A DNA stretch of 60,157 nucleotides, the filler included, from Hausera hauseri (lineage: Eukaryota), in NCBI GenBank assembly GCA_046269625.1. It is 11 parts of 11 records of this genome, joined end to end, with 100 filler letters (N's around TTAATTAATTAA, not from the genome) between each part and the next. Parts side by side here need not be neighbours in the genome. Positions count along the whole stretch, not along the records: positions 33,931 to 39,977 come from JBJURY010148534.1; positions 40,078 to 46,174 come from JBJURY010141205.1; positions 46,275 to 50,246 come from JBJURY010847858.1; 8 more parts are not named here. One strand, 5' to 3'. Of this stretch, positions 39,501 through 50,346 are shown piece by piece (the first letter of the stretch is position 1; every line of letters begins with the position of its first letter). A model generated the notes under the pieces. That model was not told where the DNA came from. It saw only the letters and a list, made by a program, of their open reading frames with translations, and did not search any database. Made by a program: the position numbers and the translations under genes.

Positions 39501-41359
39501 TCTACTAAGATTCCTATTGTAGCCTTGCTGCGACGGGACCTGCCTAGGGTCTCCGTATTGGCGATTATCGTGATTTCGACTGTCGCTCTGTTGATTAAAA
39601 TTTATGGGTCCATCTAGGCGTTTATCCAAATAATAGTTTGATTTACTAGAAAAACTATTTCGACTATTATCAAAATTCTGATTATTGTATCGATAGTTTT
39701 TGGGGTCATAATTACTGTTCTTGTTCCGATCTCCGTAATTCCTGTTAAGTCGTCTATCATTTTTATTATTCCGATTTCTATCGCTTCGGTCGCTTCGATC
39801 ATTGTCTCTATCGTTTCTGTTACTGTTTCTTGCATATCTATCCAATGCCATTTCTACGTATTGAGCTAATTGCAATGTCCTATCAAAATTCTACGGGCGT
39901 GCTAGAATCAATTGCTTTACTATGTCTTTAGACCAAATACCGTTTATTAACTGCGTCATCATCATGACGTCCAAATCNNNNNNNNNNNNNNNNNNNNNNN
40001 NNNNNNNNNNNNNNNNNNNNNTTAATTAATTAANNNNNNNNNNNNNNNNNNNNNNNNNNNNNNNNNNNNNNNNNNNNTTTTAAAAACGGGGAGGGTGCGT
40101 TAGATAGGAAACAAAAGTCTGTTTGTTATATTATGCTTTTCTCGGACATCTTTCTGTCTGACTTCATTCAGAAGTCGACTTGTAAAACACTGCTATACGA
40201 ATAACTGTCTACATTTATACTGTTATATATAGCCCAACGGCGTCACTAAGGTTGGTGTCAATCGGTGACTAAACTCTGGTGTCACCAGATAGTGAGTTCT
40301 TATTTGGGAGTGATGGATCTTTGCATCTGAAGCAGTTCTTATCTCTTGGATTTTCGTGTTGGTGGTCAGGTTAATGTCGTGAATCAAGGCGACTTACAGC
40401 AGGGTCCCTGAACTCATACGATTTATAGATACATCCCACCATCACGAAAGAGATTAATTTCCTTCCTACTGCAGAACGATAACATCGTCAGCGACTATCA
40501 TTTCTGATAAAATACGGATACCCCCGACATCAGCCAGAATTTCTCATTTTTCCAGGTCACCACAAGAAAATGACGAAATTTCCTGGTCAGCGTGTTATAG
40601 CTGTTCACGTGATTACTAAGCCAAAAATCAGGACAACAATGAAAGCGGATGTGGGAAGCTGCGATAGATAAACAATTCAACCTGTGTAAAATACTGCAGG
40701 GGACCAAAGGGCTCACAGTCAAAGCAACCCTCCCTTCACGGAGTCCGTCATGGACTCTTGGTGCTCCCCGTTTGGAGCAGACAGGGCTCTGCCGCCTGTT
40801 CTTGCGCTCGAGCAGGATGAGGTGTCCATTGGCCGCTCCTACTGTTTGTCCATTTCCTACTGAATGACAAGGTTCAGACAATGGTTGGGTTTGAAAAGCC
40901 TAGACTGAGCTGAAGCCAGCTGCACGGAGGGCGCTAATGTAGACATGTGATGCTGCACTCACGTTCCAGGCGCACTCAAACCGCCGTGCAAGGCAGGGAA
41001 CCCTCCCAGCGAGCAAAGCTCGGTCTTTTGCGGAGTGGATCTGTCCGATCGCAAACAACAAATGTAGACTAAAATCTGTATCACTTGCTAGGCTGGAATT
41101 TTTTTGGCTCACTCTACATCTCTGATGGGCTTGGATGAAATTTTGAGAAGCTGTTTTCACGACTGGTAAAAACAAGCTGTGTTAACTTGTTCGTTACAAG
41201 TGTGCCATTCTAAAATTCTCACGCCCGGAGTGACAGCCCCATTTGCAACCCCCGCCACGCTAGGCACCGATTATACACCATACGAAGCAAACGTTCACTT
41301 GCACAAAAATTACATGATAATTAGAGCCTGTCTAATAAATCAACTTGCACTACGACAAT

Positions 41360-41690
41360 GCGTTAAGCGGTCTCGAGGTAGGACGTCCGCCTTGGGTGCT
41401 AGAGGTACGGGGTTCAAAGTGGAAGACTTTGAATTTTTTTCCCCCTGGATCTTCTAATAATAAATTTCCCTCATATCTGGGTAGTGAGATCGAAGTCCGT
41501 GTACAATGTTGTGCACGTTAAAGAATCCCTTGGCAGTTGGAAATCGGCGGCTGAAAAATTGTATAAAAATCTCCCCAACATACAAGGTTGTCACCGGTAG
41601 AGATGAGTAAGTGCCGTGAGCTGTGATAGTTCAAAAATGGAGGAGAACGGAGCACTTATGGATATACATCCACGTGTGCGAAAGTGCTGA
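41360..41690 (+). mobile_element. tRNA-Pro-derived SINE with Nin/Deu-like central domain
   Basis: GGTCTCGAGGTAGGACGTCCGCCTTGGGTGCTAGAGGTACGGGGTTCAAA resembles tRNA-Pro(TGG) with A/B boxes but lacks an acceptor stem; downstream GCACGTTAAAGAATCCC (about 41514-41530) matches the Nin/Deu core as I recall it. Confidence 0.65.
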
Positions 41691-42020
41691 CCCTTCGCAA
41701 TAAGTACTGAAGTATGCACCCGCTCGTTCGAACTTTCACCTGTAAGCATTTTCCAAGCTTGCGACACACTGAGTCACGGGAATGACCGATAATCACAATA
41801 ATACCTACAGTACCCCACCCCAGCCATGCTAACATCGATAGAAGGGGCGGGGGAAATTGCCAACACTGGCTAATATCAATGCTTTAATTTTTTCCTTTGC
41901 ACTGGAGAGCTGCTGGTCGTAAAATTCTCATCGTTTACAAGATGTTTTAATTTCGTTTTTATTTACAATTTAACATTGTATATTATTTTCCTTTTTGTCC
42001 GCATTGCTAAAATTTGTGAA

Positions 42021-42864
42021 TATGGAGGCGTCGCCACTGACGAAACAAGACAACACAAGAGAAAACACGCAAATGGAAGAGCAGTTTGATGGTGGAAATT
42101 TCCCGACGCACATACCATTGTTTTCATGCACATCCGCGCTAACTTTTATATACGTGAAAAATCGAGTTCGCGATTTTTGAGAGTTTCTAAACTCGTTTTT
42201 TTTTCACACGGATATGCTTTATGATCTCGTAGCGCGCGAAGAGGAAATCAACATGGATCTGTGTGGTACACTACTAGCTTACCTGCATGTCAAAAGGACA
42301 TGTACCCTGAAATGGTTTGCAGACAGCTGCACCATTAGAGGTATAATGAAAAATGTCGCCATCGACGAAAATATACCCAGCATGTTTGCTCGTAAAGGAA
42401 AGTCGGTGACTGTCAGCTACCGAGACATGAAAGTCAAGCTGCAGTCTGTGAAGGACATAACCATTACCGCACAAACGGAGGGCATATGCATATCTGGTCA
42501 CTTCACTGGCGACATTTTTCACAACAGGAGTGAAAAATTCGCATGCGATGTAATATACGACAAGATGAAACGTACTTTCGTGTGCTGGGTTTACCGTAGG
42601 CGTCCCGAAAACTGTACTTGGCACTTTTATAAGTATATTGACTGCGGTGATTATACTGGATACATTTGCACCAAGGATATAAGTGAGTGCGAGTACAGAA
42701 ACATTGGCGTGCAAGCCGAAACAGCTAAGAAAGAAACCAGCACCACGATGTACGATTGTTTTGCCAGTGGACCTCGCCTTTTGAAGTGGACCTCGCTCCA
42801 GAATGTAACACAAAGAGGCTCTGAGAAAAGGGAAATGAGCAAACGACTGACATTAACATGCTAG
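42021..42864 (+). CDS. Unknown Cys/aromatic-rich ORF (about 280 codons) with one in-frame TGA
   Basis: ORFs 41995-42180 and 42214-42864 share a frame, separated only by TGA at 42178-42180; A-rich tract at about 42996-43045. Confidence 0.45.
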
Positions 42865-43064
42865 TCAGTAGCTGAAGTTAATGTTTCATTTATTTTCGGC
42901 TGTGAATTGTTATGCACCTGTGTGGGGCATAATTGAAAGAATGAAAGTATATAAAGAAATTTATCGGTTGGTAGTAAGGTCAGATAAGCACATTTAAAAA
43001 AAAAAAGGAAAAAAAAAAAAAAACAAAAAGAATAAAAACAGAAAAAATATATTAATTATTAGTT

Positions 43065-44625
43065 ATGTGCAAGTAGGAACACGAATGTACGTAGGGTACG
43101 CATCATAAAAGAAGCACGAATGAACAAGCATACTTCACAGTCACCACTAGGTATTCATCAGGAACAAACAATATAAAGCAACTGACAACCAAATGTTGCA
43201 ACGAGATGCAAGACTACCTGAATAAACAAACGATAAACAGCTACTGTGAAAGTAGAACTTAGCTGTATATAAACTTCACGACGTCGATTTGAAATGGCAG
43301 CGCGGTAGGTGTGAAAGGAAGAAATGAGAATGCGCGCGCAGAGAGTCGCGGGACTGACCCAACGACTGAAGAGTTCAAATCAACAAATGTACCACTGGCC
43401 ACGAAGGGAGGGGGTTTAAGCGCGGAGAACTGGAGGATGAGAGATGAGCAAGTATGAGAGCATAGAGACGGAATAAGAGAGGGGGTTGCATTGTAAGCGG
43501 ATTGCGGGTGGATGTGAGAGAATGAGAGATCTTCTCTCAAATCCACTTGTTCTTCTTACACTGCAAACACTCCCCCCTCTCTAATTCCGCCTATATGCCC
43601 TCTTTGTTTATCTCTGGTCCTGCAGCTCCCCGCGCTTCACCCACCCCCAGCGCAGGGAGCTGGAGGACTAGAGATGAACAATAAAGAGAACATAGAGACG
43701 GAATAAGAGAGGGGGTTGCATTGTAAGCGGATTGCGAGTGGATGTGAGAGCATGAGGGATCACATGCGTGCAGATAGAGACAGAAGTGGGTTAAAGGCAA
43801 GAAATATGAATGTTAAGACCGTTAGGTGAAACATTGTTCAGGTTGTGCACCAACCGCCGCTAAACGGTGTGGCGTGCTTTCTCGTTGGAAGAGCAGAATC
43901 TGATGGCGGTGACGAGAACATCTGTAATCCTTGAGTGGCCGGGGCTATTGAATTGGTTGCCCAAAGGAGATGGCTACTTCAGGATTACAGATTTTTCATC
44001 ACCATTATCAGATTCTGCTCTTCCGACGAGAAGACTCACTGCTCCGTGGAACGGTTGTTTGTGCTTACTCTGAATAATCTTTCACCTAACGGTCTTAATA
44101 TTCACATTTCTTGTCCTTAACCCACTTTTGTCTCTGTCTCCATGTACGTGATAACCTCTCTCAAATCCACTTGTTCTTCTTACACTGCAAACACTCCCCC
44201 CTCTCTAATTCCGCCTATATGTCCTCTTTGTTCATCTCTGGTCCTCCAGCTCCCCACGCTTCACCCCTCCCCCTTTCTTCGTGGCCAGTAGTACTTTTGT
44301 TGATGAAAACTCCTCACTCGTTGGACCAGTCACGTCTCTCTCCGCGCACGCGTCTTATTACTTCTGTAACACCTACCGTGTCGCCCATTTCTGATCGACA
44401 TCGTGGAGTTTAGCTTATAGCTAAGTTCTGTTTTCATAGTGCATGTTTTATCCTTTGTTTCATCATGTAGTTTTGGTTCTCATTACCTCGTTTGTTTGTG
44501 TGCTGTTTTGTCTTGTCTGTTCCTGATGAAGACATAGTGGTCGCAACGTAGTTTGTTTTTTTTCATTCGTCCTCCTTAAGTGAGACTTACCATACCCTCT
44601 GCCTTCTCATTCCTACATGCACTTG
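43065..44625. mobile_element. About 1.5-kb degenerate foldback made of two head-to-head Penelope-like 3' ends
   Basis: Centre about 43956. Minus arm NQFNSPGHSRITDVLVTAIRFC..RLVHNLNNVSPNGLNI and plus arm ..ITIIRFCSSDEK..VERLFVLTLNNLSPNGLNI (GIY-YIG C-terminus); hammerhead-like CTGATGA-AGAC..GTC-GCAACGTA at 44523-44550. Confidence 0.8.
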
Positions 44626-45469
44626 TGTGAGTGTTTGTGTGTGGTGAAAGATCGTTTTTTTTAATGTTTTAACAAAAATAAAACATGTTTTATTGTGGCC
44701 GTTTGATGTAAATAATTATTTTGATAGGAATCACGCATTTGTTTGTTCGACGTTTGTTATGTTTCGTTAGATTATTTGTTTCTCTTTTTGTTTTTTTAAA
44801 TTACACGATGCTTTGTGCCGTTTTTTTACAACTAAGATTTTTATGTTTTGGTTTGTTTGTTGTGTGTAGGCTAGAAATGTACCACACAAACCCATGAGGA
44901 ATCCGCCTCTTTCTGATCGTGAGCTCAGTTGTGTGTGTCATAGAAACGGACTTTTTCGGTTTCGAAACGGTTGGTAAATGAAATGCGAGTAACATCAACA
45001 AGTTGGTTACCATCGTATACTTGTAGTACAAATTAAGAACTTGATTCTGAAGCCATGTTTTTTCGATGTAAGAAACAAGGGTGCGCTTCTTTTACCAGCC
45101 CCCCATTTTTTTCCCTTTATTCACACCCCTCATAATATAGCGACGAGCAAGAATAATGTAGCAGCCGCGTGATTAATGATGCTACATTATACGACTCACG
45201 CTACAGTCCAACCCCCGCAGACATTGTGTTTTTATCTTGGCATAGTATTTTTCTTTTCTGTCTGGTGGGATAAATTACTGAATAAAGAAAAAAAAAACTA
45301 CACAAGAGAGGTGTTGATATTTTCCCTCTCGTTAATCATTCATACTTCTTCTTCGTCGAACGCCTTCGAATGTCAACTTAATTGTTTCGAAAGAAAGCAG
45401 CTGTCAGCTTGGGGTCATCAGCCACACTTACTCTTTGCTCATAATTATTCTCTTTGCCTCTTCATATGT

Positions 45470-45615
45470 TGCACTTGAGGTAGTTTCCTGCCTTCTTTTG
45501 TTGTTTTGACTGCCTCTTCATTTCCTGAAATGTTGCAGTGCTATGGGATCCACTGCACAACCACTCTTTTGGACTGTTGCCACAGCTTGGTGATCGATTC
45601 TCTAAGGTCACTCAG
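45470..45615 (-). mobile_element. Non-LTR retrotransposon RNase H relic
   Basis: KRVVVQWIP*HCNISGNEEAVKTTKEG matches the WIPxHxxIxGNExADxxAK motif. Confidence 0.65.
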
Positions 45616-45857
45616 AAGGTAATAAACAAGTCTACAGGCAGAAAGTGCAGGGTACAAAACGAAAACGAAGACTAAACTAAAAATACGTTAATTAAAACAG
45701 TTGAACAGACTGAGCGAGGCTACATAAATTATACACGTGCTGGTTAGTTTGGTCGAAGGGTAAAATATCTTCGCACATTGACAATTTATGTTTCGTTCCA
45801 GTTCTATTTCTACTTCTTTCTGTCTATCACGTGTCAGATGCATGCGCATCTGTTCTG

Positions 45858-46030
45858 CTTATTATCATTATCATCGTCAATGGCCGCGCAATGAAGCATG
45901 GGTCATTATGGATCTCCATCTCTCTGGTGTCTCCAATCATCTCTGATGTACGCTTAATTCTTTGCCATTCACGACTTCTATTTCCTGGTGTTGTTCGTCC
46001 ATCTAATTGATGATGACAATGTTCTTCACC
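45858..46030 (-). mobile_element. Possible RTE-like non-LTR 3' end
   Basis: LDGRTTPGNRSREW..IRDDWR followed by a (GAT/AAT)n-like tail; short and decayed. Confidence 0.35.
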
Positions 46031-46419
46031 AAGGATTCAATGAAATCATGAGGGATAGTCACTAGAAGTAGGAAGGGCGGTAGAAATGGAACGATGGGTG
46101 CGAGAATGGCTAATCAGGGCAATCCTGGCTCGCAGGACCCTGCCACAGGTTGGACATGTAAATGCAGGTTTTGTNNNNNNNNNNNNNNNNNNNNNNNNNN
46201 NNNNNNNNNNNNNNNNNNTTAATTAATTAANNNNNNNNNNNNNNNNNNNNNNNNNNNNNNNNNNNNNNNNNNNNGATCAATCTGGATATGAGTTTAACAA
46301 GTCTATAAAACGAGTTTGAGAAGAATTGGAAAAATGATTAGAAAAGAAAAGAAAAAGAAGAGAGATTTAAAAACCGAAAAGTAAAGAAAAAAGAAACAGA
46401 AAAAGAAAGGTGGAGTTCG

Positions 46420-48190
46420 AATAAATCGATGAAAATTCCTCCGAATATCCTCAGATAAAAATGCCCGAATTATTTAAAGCTTATATGCAAACGGGCGATT
46501 GGAGTTGGAGTGCCTGGACCACAAATCTTTCGAAAATAGAAAACACTCATCCATAGTTGTGTCAACCTTTTCTTAAAAATTGCGGTCATGTGGGAACTTA
46601 TTGGAAGGAAATGTATAAAAGTGATGTCCAATCTATCCGTACATGTAATGTGAGCATTGACAAGCCTGATAATGATAATCTGACATCTTCGGAACCAGTA
46701 ACAATTTCTAACGACTGAAACAAAATGATAGAGAATCACAGAAGCATCGGTAGTTAATATTAGTTCCTTATCTGGTTTAGGATAAGCTACTATCTTGTCA
46801 GTTTTTAGACCCTCGCTTAAATGATCAAATTGATTGAAAAGTTGACAATGGTTTTTTCTTTTCTGACGATAGAAATGCGAAAGATGTCGTTAATTCGGAA
46901 CAGTGTGGCACATATTTATGAAAGAAATGAAGTGTGCCAAGAAAGGAGCGAATTTCGGTTGTTGTTCGTGGTGGTTGGATGTTTTTAAGCTGAGTTATAC
47001 GGTCTTGTTGAGGAGAGTGGCCAGATTTGCCAATGACATGTCCAAGGAAATTGATCTTGTGTTGGAAAAAAGAACATTTGGAGTAATTTACTCCTAGATT
47101 ATTTTTGGTGAAGTCGTTGAAAGGCTATGCGTAAATGCTCAGAATATTGTTTAGGAGATGACGAAGCTACGCGAATGTCATCTATATGAGGGAATGAGAA
47201 ACTTAAGCCTATGAGGAATGCATCACTATGCCTTTAAAATGTTTGAGAAGCACTACGCAGATCCAAAGGCAAGAAGGCATACTCAAAAAGGTCGAAGGGT
47301 GTTGTTACAGCCGTTTTCGCTGTCAGCAGGAGAGACAAGAATTTGATGGTAAGCTTTATGTAGATTGATGGATAAAAAGATGATATTGCCGTGGAGTCTA
47401 TGCAGAATGTCGTTTATGAGCGGTAATGGATATGCATCCATTACCGTAATGGAGTTTAATTGGTGATAATCATCACAGGACCTGAAAGTTAGTCCTTCTT
47501 GGGTACTAGATGCAAAGGTGAGGCCCAGGGTGACTTTGATCTTCATATGATAACAGCTTTTCTACTTCACTGAATTCGCGGAGAAAGTGGCCTAACTTTC
47601 TGTTTAATCGGCCTTTGGTGTTTAGTTACAATGTAGAACAGGCTTGAGGTTGGGGTCTTTCTTTAACGTTCTAGGACAAAAGGTTGTAACGTAGTCACGA
47701 AGAGTTACGCCCAATTGCATAAATGGAGTGGAAGCTGAGAGATCGTGTCCGTGTTGGCAATTGTTTTCGTTATTACTGTATGAACGGAAACGTTAAAATC
47801 GGGGGTTGTCAGTATCCAATTTATCTAATTTAATAATAGATTTCTTTAATATAGACTGGCATCACGGTCAGTTGCGCAACAAGTGGTGCATTATTTTGCG
47901 ATTTTGTATGATTGATTGTATTTTGAATCACACGATGCTGTCTGCAGTCGATAAGTAAATTGTGATGCGATAGAAAATCAGAGCCTAAGATGGGAGTTTT
48001 GATGTCAGCAACAATGAACTTCCACTGAAACAGACCAGAGAAACGTGCTAAGGTGAAAGAAAGCTCTGCATTGCCAGAAATATGTAACGCTTGTCCGTTG
48101 GCAGTAAAAAGCTTTGCAGACGTGGGAAGTATTTTTAAGAAATCGAAAGATAAAGCAGTAATGAGACGGTTGTACCAGAATCAATCAGGA
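46420..48190 (-). mobile_element. Second, more decayed CsRN1-like Ty3/gypsy pol (protease-RT-RNase H)
   Basis: IDSGT, TANGQALHISG..FTLARF..ILGSDFLSHHNLLIDC and DAYPLPLINDILHRLHG..INLHKAYHQI parallel the element at 17600-19354; ITDAS, CTDRL, DFIDLS remnants. Confidence 0.85.
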
Positions 48191-48689
48191 ATTTAGTGTG
48201 GTGTGAAAAAGATGTGAGTGCAGCGGCCAAAAGGAAAACAGCATGAGTACGGTTGGAAGGTTTAAATTGTAACAATATAATAAATTGCTTAATTCTCCTT
48301 TTAAGTAAATAGTTATTCTGACCATCAACTTATTCCTCAACGTAAACTTTCTTTTCTTCCTCCTGGGCCCATTTAATTTCTCCTTTAATACGGATCTATC
48401 TCCACACTCCTCTTCCTTTAGATTTGGGGTACTAGTCCTTTGTTTGATTACTATTAATTTCAGTTTAAACCCCATATATTCTGGTCTATATAATCCCATA
48501 ACCTCCCCCCGCTCTCCACCTAATATATAATTGTATGTAAACCCGTTTAATTTGATTTTGGTAATTTTCGCAGCCATTGATAACGGAGGGCTGCTCTCCG
48601 GGGGATTCTCTCCACCATTAATTTGGCCGTGAACATTCAAACGGATTTTATCAGGCACACACAGACACACACAAACCCCGGCAGGGTTC

Positions 48690-49333
48690 ATCACACCAGA
48701 AAAACGAAAGTAACAAATAACGATCTTATTTACATGACATTCAAATACCTTTAATGTCTCGGTTATGCTCAAATGTTCATCGGCGTATGTAAAGGCATCA
48801 GTGGATTTCCAATTCTGTATTAAATTTGAGTTCTGAGTGTTTTCCCATTTAACCATAATTTCGTTTAAATCACAATCATCCACAGAACTGAGATTTCCAA
48901 ATGAAGCAGACACGTCTCGACGAATGAGTTTTGGAACGTACAATAATTTTAACTGATCACCATTTCCAAGATCTGATATACCTTTTTCACATATTTTCCC
49001 TTTGTTAATTCGTCTTTTAATTTCAGAGATTTGCTGAGATATAGACACAGAAGCCATTTGTAATGCTTTAAATTCCAAATTAACTGTTTCTGAATTTTGC
49101 ATTTGTTTCTGTAAATAAGACGATTGGGACATTTTTAATCGTCTATACTTTTGAGGCCTCTCCTGGCCTGAATTTTGGACCTTTTTTGGAGAGGAGCCAG
49201 AGGCATGGCCCTCGAATTTGTCCGCATCGATAGATATCTTGTTTTCAACTAATACGTGGATATTTTCCACGGAATTTGATGTTTTCGATCTTGTCCTTAC
49301 CAGGACTTTATGATGACACATTTCAATTTGCAT
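48690..49333 (-). CDS. Unknown ORF with coiled-coil-like segment
   Basis: First about 215 codons of the 387-aa ORF look coding; the rest runs through an LTR-like TG..CA segment (about 48267-48694). Confidence 0.3.
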
Positions 49334-50346
49334 TAATTTTCCAATCAATATTTATCAATAAATTTTTATTCATTAGCTGCTTAGCAGCTTATATTCTTTA
49401 TATACCTATATTTATATAATTTATATAAGTTTATTTATTCAAACTTTTTCTAAAAAATGGCCCAAACCTTCCTTGACATCGCTGTTGATGAAAAATATGT
49501 AAATTATTAGATTTATTTTTCAAACATATATTTGGAAATATTTGCCTACAACTAAAAATGAAGATCTTATGAGTTTCTCACCATTGTTGACAACAGATTA
49601 TTTAGAAAGTCACCATCAAGAGTAATAAATTAATGGACGATAGCTTTCAATGCCTAAGTGAAGGTCTTGGCCGCTTTAACGCATTAGGCACGGTTTTCCA
49701 TGGCCTTTGATTCTAGGGACTACATTATACATGTAACAGCTTGAATTTGTTCGCACAAATCCTGGAAATGTTAAAGTCTTCGTATTGTTCATGGATTTTA
49801 ATGTTCAATTATCTGCGGGATGCTTTGGGAGCTTTCGGCGACTCATAGCTGGTTTTGTCAGTACTGAAGAACCATATTCAGGACAGACCTCTCCCCACGC
49901 CCACACCATGTCTCCCGAGGAGCAACGGCAGGGGAACCTACGGGCCAACTTACGTAGGCTGGAGATGATCCCTACTTGAGTGGTAAATCATTTCTTGGAG
50001 GTGAAGCATTGCACGGCTGTTTGGAGGACCTCGGTTCACCTCCTAGATAATAACCGGGAACAAGAACGCGTTGTATCCCCTCTTCCCCCTCCCCCACCAG
50101 TCCTTTTTAATAAGACTAAAGCAGCCTTTTTTAAACTTCGTTAACAAGAGCTGACGCTCAATGCCGTGAGGGCCAAAGACAAGATATGACAAGATAATTC
50201 TCGCTTCACATCATTTGTTTGTTTAAACACTGAATTTACCTTTTACNNNNNNNNNNNNNNNNNNNNNNNNNNNNNNNNNNNNNNNNNNNNTTAATTAATT
50301 AANNNNNNNNNNNNNNNNNNNNNNNNNNNNNNNNNNNNNNNNNNNN

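Larger units (their letters stand above)
33931..39977 (-). mobile_element. Decayed retroelement polyprotein: Gag (CCHC) - helical accessory region - UBL - glycoprotein
   Basis: CYTCGQEGHIARSC (about 39400-39441) after an R/N/D-rich Gag tail. Coding-like sequence runs across all ORF gaps (39150-39875 and 38658-38993 are the same frame; single stops at 38435, 37680, 36488 and about 35695). No RT between Gag and G. Confidence 0.75.

Noticed and set aside
41367-41432. Functional tRNA-Pro gene
   Set aside because: Acceptor and T stems do not pair, and a SINE-like body follows.
48185-49348. 387-aa ORF as one protein
   Set aside because: The 3' half reads through an LTR-like, low-complexity segment into a gypsy relic; probably a chance fusion.
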